A DNA stretch of 64,000 nucleotides. Origin: an uncultured Clostridium sp. (GTDB lineage Bacteria; Bacillota; Clostridia; TANB77; CAG-508). Positions 42,301 to 50,576 of this stretch are shown one piece after another (position 1 is the stretch's first letter; each line of letters starts with the position of its first letter). The position numbers and the translations under genes are program-made. The notes below the pieces were generated by a model. The model was not told where the DNA came from and ran no database searches. It worked only from the letters and a program-made list of their open reading frames with translations. The DNA lies in assembly GCA_947165355.1 (NCBI GenBank), contig CAMUZZ010000001.1, forward strand, positions 2,067 through 66,066, given 5' to 3'.

Positions 42301-42546
42301 CTCATCTTTAATTTTTTCTGCTAAATAAAGCTCTTTTTCTTTCTTAGCGTTATATTCCAGTGTTTGATATGTTTGGTCTGAAGTAGTAATCTTGTTTAGA
42401 ATCGATTTAGTTATCAAAAAACTAAGTAAAAACAAGATTAATCCAACTATAATAACTATTATAGCAATTAATCCTTTTCTTGATTTCTTTTTTTCCATTA
42501 ACTTACCTCCTATATTTTCTCGCTTTTGTATATACATTTTACTCAA
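39334..42546 (-). CDS. Large membrane-anchored surface protein: Asn-rich repeat linker, papain-like C1 cysteine peptidase domain, leucine-rich repeats, C-terminal Ig-like domain
   Basis: N-terminal TM anchor; (NNNV)n run; QAGFGLCWNFA (catalytic Cys), SSHCISVIGWDD (His), NSWGENWGDKGC (Asn-Trp) motifs; about 12 LRR units (L..L.L..N.I.D). Confidence 0.8.
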   Translation of the reverse strand: MSKMYIQKRENIGGKLMEKKKSRKGLIAIIVIIVGLILFLLSFLITKSILNKITTSDQTYQTLEYNAKKEKELYLAEKIKDENTRRAVIMQDEIEEAEKKGEDTAEIIKEKLDERNYTDEYKHYVSMPDDQKKDIESIPRKKKVDEAEFEIIKKDQDEDLGELKEVEKESSPDIKQNNNEGNNTNEIANNSNNNVNNNVNNNENNNVNNNVNNNVNNNINNNVNNNINNNVNNNVNNNVNNNVNNSVNNNVNNNVNNGVNNNVNNNVNNGVNNNVNNNVNNNENSNTNNNETKNEVNNNNNPTEKAENKVLPGKFDLRDKINVKVENQAGFGLCWNFASNTALETNLALTQNEDYDFSEIYVDYMTSEELGSGLGRNLHTGGGFDTWRDYVNGSGALAKEDTLKYKDYKEDEYNVFFNVDTVDIGNIDTVEFPDFTKSEVGNQKFNEYQNIVKRHIMNYGSVTASIVCSGVNIYRTDSSTRASSHCISVIGWDDDYPKEKFKSESGKVPEKNGAYICLNSWGENWGDKGCLYVSYEDEFINRNMNGVVKVGADGFKLSEIGNKAIEDAIKDEYQTWTVNGVDYINEDTLNDITVISIANKNAISLKGIEYLKNLEGIDARNNNITDVTPLANCKKLTYLDLRNNNVSDVSSLGSLSSLENLQLENNENVKGYENCKNLIVLNIANCNVESIQYVNQLPKIVTLSLAGNKNIKDLNSLNMNEITYLDLSDCNTSGFTCFKKSLYNLNLANNQITNLSFLDDVDEIRNLNLSGNNISDFRSLNDKYIVVLNVDNCNIVDVNMLPTKNESIKQLSLANNKVERNISKLDELPSLWKLDISYCNADETSEFFALPGIRRYRVEGNKIDLSKISSVRNGIAIDLGKIQKGDYNFNNVSKNIDVFADVYGELYTKEELDALPENIRLNIAEQDLLVPANKEIFLYSMELKRYVLEIDGKKMNRDIPSKTRVSNNSKVYVIRDDDDVTYILKESDTIKPIELRIAKLPDNDRFTRGEINFDGMIVEAKYGNGIYAKVDNYEVSYDKNNVKVGYNKVKISAEGLEKEFEILIKPQLAE
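41650..42010. repeat. Imperfect 12/24-nt tandem repeats encoding the Asn-rich (NNNVNNNV...) linker
   Basis: Unit GTTGTTATTTAC-GTTATTATTCAC and variants repeated about 25 times. Also generates the spurious plus-strand ORFs 41621..42082 and 41670..41984. Confidence 0.8.
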
Positions 42547-42666
42547 TCTTTATTTCAAATAAGTAAAAAAGATGTAAAAAAGTTGTAAAATATGTACTTT
42601 TAAAGCAAGATTTTTCTTATGTTCTATACAATTATTACATAATTATTTTTAAGTATCAATATTATT

Positions 42667-42705
42667 TGAATACAAAAAAAAACGAAATAGTTTATCTATT
42701 CCGCT
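42667..42705 (-). terminator. rpmE rho-independent terminator
   Basis: Minus-strand RNA: CGGAAUAG-AUAAA-CUAUUUCG followed by U9. Confidence 0.65.
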
Positions 42706-42707
42706 TT

Positions 42708-42908
42708 TTATTTGATACCATATTTTGTTTTGAATTTTTCGATTCTTCCACCTGTTTTCTCTATTTTTAAGTTGTTTGTGTAGAATGGATGGCATTTTGA
42801 ACAAGAATCAACTTTCATATCTTTTTTTGTTGAATTTGTTTTAAAAACATTTCCGCAAGCACAAGTAATTGTTGCTTCTTGGTAACCTGGATGTATTCCT
42901 TCTCTCAT
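42708..42908 (-). CDS. rpmE: 50S ribosomal protein L31
   Basis: MREGIHPGY ... CxxC zinc-ribbon form, 66 aa. Confidence 0.9.
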   Translation of the reverse strand: MREGIHPGYQEATITCACGNVFKTNSTKKDMKVDSCSKCHPFYTNNLKIEKTGGRIEKFKTKYGIK

Positions 42909-42993
42909 TATGTATTCACCTCTTCTTTAATTATTATAATAAAACTGTTAAATATATTATCATATTTTTAAAAACATTTCAATAGTTTTGTTA

Positions 42994-43143
42994 TTATTTT
43001 TCTTTCATAGATTGAATGTATTTCGCTGATGCTAGCAATTCTTCTTTTAAAGTAGATTTTTTTACAAATTTGGTTATTACATTGAATAAGCACATTACTA
43101 TTAAAATAAATAGCAATAATTTTTTCCAAATTTTTGCTAACAT
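42994..43143 (-). CDS. Possible 49-aa small membrane protein
   Basis: ATG 8 nt after GAGGAG; single hydrophobic helix (LLLFILIVMCLF); double stop. Below the ORF-track size cutoff. Confidence 0.3.
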   Translation of the reverse strand: MLAKIWKKLLLFILIVMCLFNVITKFVKKSTLKEELLASAKYIQSMKEK

Positions 43144-43317
43144 ACTATCACTCCTCTACATACAACATACCTATATTATACTATATTTCAGCATTTTGTC
43201 AACTAAGTTGACAAAAAAAGTAATCTGTCAACTTTATGGTTACTTATTCTTAAACAATTTATTTAAATTTTGTATTGATTTTTTTCTCGCAATGTGCTAA
43301 TATAAGTAAAGTTTCAT

Positions 43318-43392
43318 AGGGGTATAGTGTTAATGGTAGCACATCAGTCTCCAAAACTGCCTGTGAGGGTTCGAGTCCTTCTACCCCTGCCA
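43318..43392 (+). tRNA. trnW: tRNA-Trp (anticodon CCA)
   Basis: Cloverleaf: acceptor AGGGGTA/TACCCCT, D-arm GTGT..GCAC with GG loop, anticodon loop CUCCAAA, T-arm GAGGG-TTCGAGT-CCTTC, encoded CCA end. Confidence 0.85.
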
Positions 43393-43558
43393 ATTTTATT
43401 CAAATATTTTTTTCTTATTTTCCAGTATATATTTAAATATTATTTTATGATATACTCATCTTGTTATTTTGCTAACAAGGTTTATTTTGTTGTTCAAAAT
43501 AGTTTGTATAATTTTAAACAGTATTACAAAACTGCAAATTAAGAGAGGTCTTTATATT

Positions 43559-44059
43559 ATGGAAAAAATAAAAAAAATTACACAAAACTTTATAAATTTT
43601 ATTTTAAAAATCTTAAAGAAATTATTACCCAAAAAACTATACACAGCACTTGAAAAAATACTAACTGTGGAGGTTTTTTTATATATAGTTTTTGGGGTAC
43701 TAACTACCATTGTTAACATAGGGGTATTTGCCATTTTAACATCTTTATGTGGTTTGGAAGAGAATGTTTCAAACATTATTGCTATTGTAATTGCGGTACT
43801 ATTTGCATATTTTACAAATAGAGGTTTAGTATTCAACTCATCCGCATCTACAATAAAAGAAAAAGCATTTGAGTTCTTTAAATTTATGCTTGGAAGAGCT
43901 TTTACAATGGTGGTAGAATTTTTAGGATTCTTTTTATTATTTAATATTATTGGAATTCACAAACTGATTAGTAAAACAGTTATAACAATAATTGTTATTA
44001 TATTAAATTTTTTTATCAGTAAATTCTTTGCTTTTAAATCATCAAAAAAGAAAGCTTAA
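43559..44059 (+). CDS. GtrA-family membrane protein (polyprenyl-phosphate-sugar flippase-like)
   Basis: 4-TM GtrA-like profile (LYIVFGVLTTIVNIGVF...). ATG at 43559 after AAGAGAGG (track start 43469 is in the same frame). Confidence 0.65.
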   Translation: MEKIKKITQNFINFILKILKKLLPKKLYTALEKILTVEVFLYIVFGVLTTIVNIGVFAILTSLCGLEENVSNIIAIVIAVLFAYFTNRGLVFNSSASTIKEKAFEFFKFMLGRAFTMVVEFLGFFLLFNIIGIHKLISKTVITIIVIILNFFISKFFAFKSSKKKA

Positions 44060-44080
44060 ACTATTAAAAGGAGGCACGTC

Positions 44081-44671
44081 ATTAGCTACTTTAAGTATTC
44101 TTATTCCTTAATCTTTTTAATAACTATATTTATTATAATATTCTTTACGCCTGTTGTTTCTTCCAATACTAACTCTGATTCTGCGGAGCAAGTTCAAATT
44201 AGATATTATTCCTACAACGAAGAATACCTATGGCCGCTTCCTAATCATTCCTACATCAGCTCATATTTTGGTAGAAGAAACTCTCCAACAGCATATGCCT
44301 CTTCGTTTCATAAAGGAATTGATATTCCAGCAGAGCCAGGAACAAATATATACTCAGTAACTTCAGGAACAGTAACCCTTGCACAATTTAATGGGAGTGG
44401 TGGCTGTACAGTATGTATAACCGACGGTTATTTAACCTGCACTTATTGTCACGTTTCTCCTTCTTTTATTGTGTGTGTTGGTCAAAAAGTTGCTAAAGGA
44501 GATTTAATTGCAACTGTTGGACCCAAAAATATTTACGGTTTTCCAGATAACAAATATAAAGATAGTAATGGCAATCCTACAAATGGTGCAACTACCGGAC
44601 CACACTTACATCTTTCTATATCAGAAAATGGAACAGCCGTAGATCCCTTAAAATATGTGCATGTACCATAA
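44081..44671 (+). CDS. M23-family peptidase (signal peptide + LytM domain), apparently initiated at ATT
   Basis: Single open frame from 44060 to 44671 with HKGIDI and HLHLSI zinc-ligand motifs and YFGRR. No ATG/GTG/TTG before Met131, but AAAGGAGG sits 7 nt upstream of ATT 44081. Confidence 0.65.
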   Translation: MSYFKYSYSLIFLITIFIIIFFTPVVSSNTNSDSAEQVQIRYYSYNEEYLWPLPNHSYISSYFGRRNSPTAYASSFHKGIDIPAEPGTNIYSVTSGTVTLAQFNGSGGCTVCITDGYLTCTYCHVSPSFIVCVGQKVAKGDLIATVGPKNIYGFPDNKYKDSNGNPTNGATTGPHLHLSISENGTAVDPLKYVHVP

Positions 44672-44700
44672 AATAATTGGAACACTTTAAAGTGTTCCAA

Positions 44701-44964
44701 TTATTCTAAATATTTCTTTGCTTTTCTTCGCGATATAATCATTAGAACTATATCCGCTATTATAAAGAATATCGAATATACAGCATATGGTATAACTTCA
44801 AATAGGAATATTTCATACCATTTAAAAAGTGCTGGTCCAGGAATTGCTAAATAAATTCCATTTGCTTCATACCAAATTCCTTTAGCTAAGTAATATAAAT
44901 ATGGTATCAATAAAAGAACTAATAATATTTTTGTTACTTTGTTAATAACACTCCATTTTTTCAT
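44701..44964 (-). CDS. Small 2-TM membrane protein
   Basis: 87-aa hydrophobic ORF. Confidence 0.4.
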   Translation of the reverse strand: MKKWSVINKVTKILLVLLLIPYLYYLAKGIWYEANGIYLAIPGPALFKWYEIFLFEVIPYAVYSIFFIIADIVLMIISRRKAKKYLE

Positions 44965-44975
44965 ACTAATCTCTC

Positions 44976-45368
44976 CTAAAATTCAAAACCATATGGTAAT
45001 ATATCTTTTATTGAATACTCCTTCGTTTCATCTTCACCTTGTACAGTAACGATTTTAAAATTACTATCTACGAATTCACTCATAAATTGTCTGCAATATC
45101 CACAAGGCATGCACTCTTCTGTTGGATCTACTCCTTTTGGAGCGCCAACAACAACTATGCTCTCAAATTCTCTTTCTCCTTCTGAAATTGCTTTTACAAA
45201 TGCAGTACGCTCACTGCATAGTGCCTGTATTCCATGGTTTTCAATATTGCATCCCATATATGTTTTTCCGCTTTTAGTACGTAAACAACACCCTACCTGA
45301 TAATTACTATATGGTGAATATGAATTTAATCTTGCTTTTTTTGCTATTTTAATATCTTCTTCGTACAT
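44976..45368 (-). CDS. cdd: Cytidine deaminase
   Basis: CAERTAF-type and PCGYCRQ zinc-binding motifs (LCSERTAF, MPCGYCRQFM). Confidence 0.85.
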   Translation of the reverse strand: MYEEDIKIAKKARLNSYSPYSNYQVGCCLRTKSGKTYMGCNIENHGIQALCSERTAFVKAISEGEREFESIVVVGAPKGVDPTEECMPCGYCRQFMSEFVDSNFKIVTVQGEDETKEYSIKDILPYGFEF

Positions 45369-45427
45369 AGGTAACCTCCTAAATAACTTTTATTTGCTTT
45401 TTTAATGCAACACATAATAAATTAATT

Positions 45428-45775
45428 TTACTTATTTTCAGCTAATAAATGTCCACAATATTCGCACCTGTGAGTTGATTTTGCACAATCTTTACATAAT
45501 TGTGGATTTAAGTAATAATAGCCTTCTTTAATGATACATTCTTCCCCGCATAACTTACATTTGTACGTAGGTGCTATTACAAAATATATTTCTGTTTTTT
45601 TCGTTGGATGATTCCCATTGTATTCACAATATGACTTTCCATAAATGCTGTTTGCCATATTTACAGAATCTTTGTTATCTTGATTATTATCTCGGTTTAA
45701 TACTAAAACTATAACAATAGCTGCTGTTACCAATATAGTTACCCCTATAATTATAAATATCTTTAGTTTCTTCAT
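45428..45775 (-). CDS. Membrane-anchored double CxxC zinc-ribbon protein
   Basis: N-terminal TM helix, CKLCGEEC and CEYCGH pairs. Confidence 0.45.
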   Translation of the reverse strand: MKKLKIFIIIGVTILVTAAIVIVLVLNRDNNQDNKDSVNMANSIYGKSYCEYNGNHPTKKTEIYFVIAPTYKCKLCGEECIIKEGYYYLNPQLCKDCAKSTHRCEYCGHLLAENK

Positions 45776-45892
45776 TTTCCTTTTTCCTCCTTATGTTTTT
45801 TATAAAAAAAAGTACCGTATAATTTGATAATTAATCCGGTACTTCTTTATTATGAATTATCATCATCCATATTATCATCACTATTATTTTGA

Positions 45893-46345
45893 TTACATCC
45901 GCCGCATTTTCCGACATCCTCCTTGACAACCTGAGTTGTACAAGTTAATATCTTCGTCAATATTGGCGTTAATATCTAATTCTATGATATTATGACATTC
46001 TGGACATTCTATTTCATTTTCCTCATCTACGTTAAATTCAGCGTAAAAATCATTATTACAATATGGACATGTAATCTCAATTTCGTCGTTATCTTCGTAG
46101 ATTTCTTGTTCTATTGAATCTATTACAGTTTGAACATTGGCTAATTTTTGTTCAACACTTTTTTGACCTTGCTCTATATCAGTAATTCTTTCTTCTAGCA
46201 TTTCGCTCATTCTATCTATTATATCGATAAAAATAATTGATATTTCTGAAATTTTGTTTTTTACAAATTGGCGTTCTTCTTCGTTTTTTATTTTTTCGTC
46301 AATTTCTTTAATAATATCAGAATACTTTTTGCTAAGTTCAGACAT
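45893..46345 (-). CDS. Coiled-coil + zinc-ribbon hypothetical protein
   Basis: CPYCN...CPECHN ribbon; acidic; C-terminal GCQGGC. Confidence 0.45.
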   Translation of the reverse strand: MSELSKKYSDIIKEIDEKIKNEEERQFVKNKISEISIIFIDIIDRMSEMLEERITDIEQGQKSVEQKLANVQTVIDSIEQEIYEDNDEIEITCPYCNNDFYAEFNVDEENEIECPECHNIIELDINANIDEDINLYNSGCQGGCRKMRRM

Positions 46346-46362
46346 TTTTTAATCCTTTCCGA

Positions 46363-46929
46363 TTAAATTCTTTCCATATATTCGCCTGTTCTTGTATCTA
46401 TTTTAATAACATCTCCGATGTTAATAAATAATGGAACTGATATTTCGTAACCATTTTCTAAAGTAGCAGGTTTTCCAGATGTTGTTGTTGTGTTTCCTGA
46501 GAACCCTGGCTCTGTGTATGTTACTTCTAGTTCAACAAACATAGGTGGTTCAACTGCAAATACATTTCCTTTATATGAAAGAATTTTAACATTCATGTTT
46601 TCTTTAATGAATTTTAAGCTATCACCTAATTGATCTTTGTTTAATGGTAATTGCTCGTATGTTTCATTATCCATGAAATAGTATAAATTCTCGTCATTGT
46701 ATAAATATTGCATTTCTCTTTTTTCTATTTCAGCTCCTGGATATTTTTCTGATGGATTAAATGTTTTTTCTAAAACAGCTCCTGTTATAACGTTCTTTAA
46801 TTTTGTTCTAACGAAAGCTGATCCCTTTCCTGGTTTTACGTGTTGGAATTCTACAACTTTGAATACGTTTCCATCCATTTCGAAAGTAGTTCCATTTCTA
46901 AAATCTCCTGCCATATATACTTCTGCCAT
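46363..46929 (-). CDS. efp: Elongation factor P
   Basis: [13 protein letters not shown]...[16 protein letters not shown] (modified Lys loop). Start could be the second Met at 46914. Confidence 0.9.
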   Translation of the reverse strand: MAEVYMAGDFRNGTTFEMDGNVFKVVEFQHVKPGKGSAFVRTKLKNVITGAVLEKTFNPSEKYPGAEIEKREMQYLYNDENLYYFMDNETYEQLPLNKDQLGDSLKFIKENMNVKILSYKGNVFAVEPPMFVELEVTYTEPGFSGNTTTTSGKPATLENGYEISVPLFINIGDVIKIDTRTGEYMERI

Positions 46930-47009
46930 TATAATTTCCCCCTTGAATTATTATTTATTTTTTTAATATTTATATATAATACACTATTTTTGTTAAAAAA
47001 TCAATACCT

Positions 47010-48077
47010 TTAGACTATTACATAGCCTTTATCAGATTTTGTTAAACTTGTTGCTGAATACTTTGATATATGTATAGTATCTTCTATTCTTATACCAAAT
47101 CTGTTTGGAATGTATACCCCTGGTTCATCGGTTATTACCATATTTTCTTTCAATAGAAAATCTACCCTATTACCGTAAAAAGGATATTCATGTATTTCTA
47201 ATCCTACACCGTGTCCTAGGCTGTGCATCATTTCAAACCCGTTTAACTTATAATCGCTCTCTACAGCCTTTGTAATTGCTTTAAGATTTGCGCCTTCTTT
47301 TAAACTTTCAGCTATCTGCATTTGCTTTTTTAAAACAAAGTCGTAAACATTCTTTGCGTATTGTGGAACAAACTCCGCAAATACAGTTCTTGTCATATCT
47401 GAGCAGTATCCATTAACCTTGCATCCCATATCTATTGTTATTGGATCTCCAGGCTCTATTAGTTTATCTGTTGGAACTGCATGTGGCATTGATGAATTTC
47501 TTCCCGAAGCAACAATTGTGTCGAACGCTAATCCGTCTGCACCATTCCTTTTAAAGAAACTTTCTATTTCTGTTGCAATTTCTATTTCTGACATTCCAAC
47601 TTTAATAAAACCTCTTAAATATTCAAAACAATCATCTGTTAGACTACACGCTTTTTTTATGTTTTCAAGCTCATAATCTTCTTTAATCATTCTTTGCTTT
47701 TCTATAATTCCTTCTGTTTCTTCAAAGCTGTTTATTCTATATTTATGCATATACTCTTTGTATTTTGCATAAGTTAGGTGAGTTTCTTCAAAGCCAACCT
47801 TCTCACAAAACAAGAAATAATTTTCATAATCATCTAGAGTAATGTCTTTTATATTAGAAACCATTATTCCGTCTTCAATTGTTAAAATTGCATTTACATG
47901 CTCTATGTATCTACTATCTGTTAAAAAAACATTTTCTTTTCTAGTAATTAAAAGAATTCCCTCTGCCTCAATATTAGTTAAATACTTTATATTAATAGGA
48001 TTTGTAACAATCATTCCTTGCATGTCTAGTGCAGCAAGCTTGTTTCTTAACCATAATATTTTACTGTTCATACACAT
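47010..48077 (-). CDS. M24 Xaa-Pro aminopeptidase
   Basis: HGVGLEIHEYP and pita-bread fold metal-ligand pattern; adjacent to efp, conserved synteny. Confidence 0.85.
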   Translation of the reverse strand: MCMNSKILWLRNKLAALDMQGMIVTNPINIKYLTNIEAEGILLITRKENVFLTDSRYIEHVNAILTIEDGIMVSNIKDITLDDYENYFLFCEKVGFEETHLTYAKYKEYMHKYRINSFEETEGIIEKQRMIKEDYELENIKKACSLTDDCFEYLRGFIKVGMSEIEIATEIESFFKRNGADGLAFDTIVASGRNSSMPHAVPTDKLIEPGDPITIDMGCKVNGYCSDMTRTVFAEFVPQYAKNVYDFVLKKQMQIAESLKEGANLKAITKAVESDYKLNGFEMMHSLGHGVGLEIHEYPFYGNRVDFLLKENMVITDEPGVYIPNRFGIRIEDTIHISKYSATSLTKSDKGYVIV

Positions 48078-48088
48078 CCCTCTTCTAT

Positions 48089-48856
48089 TTATATTTTATA
48101 TTTTCCAAATGAGAAAATAACAAAAGGCAAAATAATAAGAAAATCTAGTGGAACAAATATTACTATAAACGCAGCTAGTACAATAAATGGGCCAAAAGCA
48201 ATATAGTCTATAATCCCCTTATGTCTTATTTTTTGTACAATTAATAATCCCACACTAAATAAAGCAGCCACCAAGAATGATAATATTGCAATTGCAATTA
48301 TTCCTTGGTATCCAAAATACAAACCAAGCGCAGCTACAAGCTTTACATCTCCGAATCCCATTGTTTCTTTTCCAAAAATTAATCCTCCAAAAACGGTAAT
48401 AAGCAGGAATATTAAGCAACCAGCTATAAGTCCACTAAACATGCTAACTGCAACATTTAGATTTATAACGCCATGTATAAATGTAAACAATAAACCAATT
48501 TCAAAAATTGTTAGTGTTAATCTATTTGGTATTATTTGAAGTTTGTAGTCTATGTAAAAAGCAGAAACAAGAAGTGGTGTTAATATCATGTATTTAATTG
48601 TATTAACGTCATTAACTCCGTACCTATATAAAATAAACACATAAATAATTATATGAATTGCCATTAAAATATATTTAGGTGATATATTTTTAAAATATTC
48701 TTTTAAATTTTCCTTAGAAAAAATGCTTTTATGCTGCGGTAACAAATAGTTTAGTAAATCACTAAATTGTCCTGCAACAGCTCCCATTACTGCTGCTAAT
48801 ATATAAACAAATATATTTACATCATTAATATACATTTTATACCTTCTCTCCTCCAT
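48089..48856 (-). CDS. Prepilin peptidase (A24 family)
   Basis: GFGDVKL catalytic Asp motif, 7-8 TM. Confidence 0.7.
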   Translation of the reverse strand: MEERRYKMYINDVNIFVYILAAVMGAVAGQFSDLLNYLLPQHKSIFSKENLKEYFKNISPKYILMAIHIIIYVFILYRYGVNDVNTIKYMILTPLLVSAFYIDYKLQIIPNRLTLTIFEIGLLFTFIHGVINLNVAVSMFSGLIAGCLIFLLITVFGGLIFGKETMGFGDVKLVAALGLYFGYQGIIAIAILSFLVAALFSVGLLIVQKIRHKGIIDYIAFGPFIVLAAFIVIFVPLDFLIILPFVIFSFGKYKI

Positions 48857-49397
48857 GTTTTTTTACATATCTTTTAATAATACATTTTTCAATTGGTCTT
48901 TTCCATTTTGTTATTAAAATATCTTTTTTACTTATTGGCTCAACCAATATTGGAAACATTTTGCATCTATTTGCTCCAATAACATCTGTCATTATTTGAT
49001 CTCCAACAGCAGCAATGTTTTTTTCATCTAAGCCCATCAGATTTTTTGCTTTTAAAAATCCTTTTTTGAAAGGTTTTTTAGCAAATGAAAAATATGGTAT
49101 TTGTAGTTCGTCGGATACACTTTTTACTTTTTCATGTTTATTTGTATTTGAAACTATGCAGAATTTTATTCCCTGCGATTTCATGTAATTTACCCAATCT
49201 TTTACCTTGCTATCCATATTTCTATCAATATCTATTATGGTATTATCTACATCAAGTATTATTCCTTTGATGTTATTTTTTTGCAATATTTCCATAGTTA
49301 TTTCTGTTACACTTTTAAGATATAACTTAGGATACAATATCATCTTCTCACCCCATTTTATTGCATTAATATTATCAATATATGATGTATTTGTCAA
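48837..49397 (-). CDS. YqeG-family HAD-IIIA phosphatase
   Basis: ILDVDNTI HAD motif I, VSN motif II, GDQIMTD motif III. Confidence 0.65.
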   Translation of the reverse strand: MTNTSYIDNINAIKWGEKMILYPKLYLKSVTEITMEILQKNNIKGIILDVDNTIIDIDRNMDSKVKDWVNYMKSQGIKFCIVSNTNKHEKVKSVSDELQIPYFSFAKKPFKKGFLKAKNLMGLDEKNIAAVGDQIMTDVIGANRCKMFPILVEPISKKDILITKWKRPIEKCIIKRYVKKHGGEKV

Positions 49398-49480
49398 CTT
49401 AAAAATTGCCTCTAAAGTGTATATTTATTGTTCTAGTTACCATTTTATTTCTATAAAAAAACTTTATGCGAATCCACAAT

Positions 49481-49509
49481 TTGACGGTTTAACATAATTA
49501 TGGTATAAT
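49481..49509 (+). promoter_or_regulatory. Strong SigA-type promoter (TTGACG-17-TATAAT)
   Basis: Consensus boxes with exact 17-nt spacer and TG-extended -10 (tggTATAAT), about 60 nt upstream of the small ORF. Confidence 0.6.
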
Positions 49510-49574
49510 CTTTCTATTCGGATTTTCCGGATATAGCAAAGTCCCGATTAATTAAAGAAGGGAGGTCGTACAAA

Positions 49575-49721
49575 ATGGGTGCAAGTAAAAAAGAAATGGC
49601 AGAAGCAATTAGAATGCAAAAAGAAGCTGACGCCAAGCTTAAGTCTCTGCTTAATGATTTGGATCGAAAGCAAAATAAGTCCAAGAATCAAAATTCAACC
49701 CCTAGGCGGAGAACTTTCTAA
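49575..49721 (+). CDS. 48-aa Lys-rich small protein (unannotated in the ORF track)
   Basis: MGASKKEMAEAIRMQKEADAKLKSLLNDLDRKQNKSKNQNSTPRRRTF. GAAGGGAGG RBS, consensus promoter, strong terminator; GC above local background. Confidence 0.5.
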   Translation: MGASKKEMAEAIRMQKEADAKLKSLLNDLDRKQNKSKNQNSTPRRRTF

Positions 49722-49738
49722 CCCTGTGCGACAAAGAA

Positions 49739-49778
49739 AAGACCAAACTACTTTTTGTAGCTTGGTCTTTTTCTTTAT
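49739..49778 (+). terminator. Rho-independent terminator of the small ORF
   Basis: AAGACCAA-A-CTAC-TTTTT-GTAG-C-TTGGTCTT then TTTCTTTAT. Confidence 0.7.
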
Positions 49779-49839
49779 ATTCTTTGTTTTAAACGTTTTT
49801 TCGTATTTTAATATTAGTTAATTTTATTACATTTAAATA

Positions 49840-50517
49840 TTATTTACAAAATCTATGCTTTCCTATTGTTCTCACGTATGGTCTTGACCAAATCCAGCTA
49901 CTTGTTGCAGTATTTGGATTAAAATAATATAGCGAACCATATGTTGGGTCCCATCCATTTAATGCATCTTGTGCAGCTTTTCGTGCTGTACTATCTGGAG
50001 TTAAATTTATTTGTCCATCTGATACTGCAGTAAACGCCCCTGGCTCGTATATAACTCCAGCTATACTATTTGGAAAAGAACTATTTTTTACTCTGTTAAG
50101 AACAACAGCTGCAATTGCAACCTGCCCTTCATATACTTCTCCACGTGCCTCAGCATATACTATTCTCGAAAGTAAATTTAAATCAGAGCTATTTGTTGAT
50201 GTTGAAGAACTTCCAGATGAACTTGTATATATTCCCATTGCCCTTAACGTTTTAGTTCCAGCTATACCATCCGCTGTTAAACCATTCTTTTTTTGAAATA
50301 GCTTCACAGCATTTAAGGTTTGAGAGCCAAATACTCCATCTATAGACCCATTGTAATAGCCCCATCTTTTCAATTTGGTTTGTATGGTTGTTACCTCGCT
50401 TCCCCTAGATCCATATTTTGATAACGCGCTACTATATTTAACAAATATTACTGAATTTAAAATAAAGACAATTACGCAAATTAAAGCCACTATTACATAT
50501 TTTAATTTTCTTTTCAT
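49840..50517 (-). CDS. sleB: Spore cortex-lytic enzyme SleB-like cell wall hydrolase (PG-binding domain + hydrolase_2 domain)
   Basis: PG_binding_1 repeat (GSRGSEVTTIQTKLKRWGYYNGSIDGVFG) and SleB catalytic domain (RIVYAEARGE...AVVLNRV). Start MKRKLKY at 50517 after GGGGTGA. Confidence 0.75.
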   Translation of the reverse strand: MKRKLKYVIVALICVIVFILNSVIFVKYSSALSKYGSRGSEVTTIQTKLKRWGYYNGSIDGVFGSQTLNAVKLFQKKNGLTADGIAGTKTLRAMGIYTSSSGSSSTSTNSSDLNLLSRIVYAEARGEVYEGQVAIAAVVLNRVKNSSFPNSIAGVIYEPGAFTAVSDGQINLTPDSTARKAAQDALNGWDPTYGSLYYFNPNTATSSWIWSRPYVRTIGKHRFCK

Positions 50518-50576
50518 CAAAAAATCACCCCATTTGTACTTATAATTTCCAAAAAGAGTGATTTTATACAATTTAC

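Noticed and set aside
43327-43542. 71-aa plus-strand ORF
   Set aside because: It begins inside the tRNA-Trp gene and runs through an AT-rich promoter region. No RBS; not coding.
44154-44360. 68-aa plus-strand ORF
   Set aside because: Out of frame inside the continuous M23 peptidase frame (44081..44671).
49579-49821. 80-aa plus-strand ORF
   Set aside because: Starts 4 nt after the better-supported 48-aa ORF in another frame and reads through the terminator hairpin. The 48-aa frame has the SD at correct spacing and stops before the terminator.
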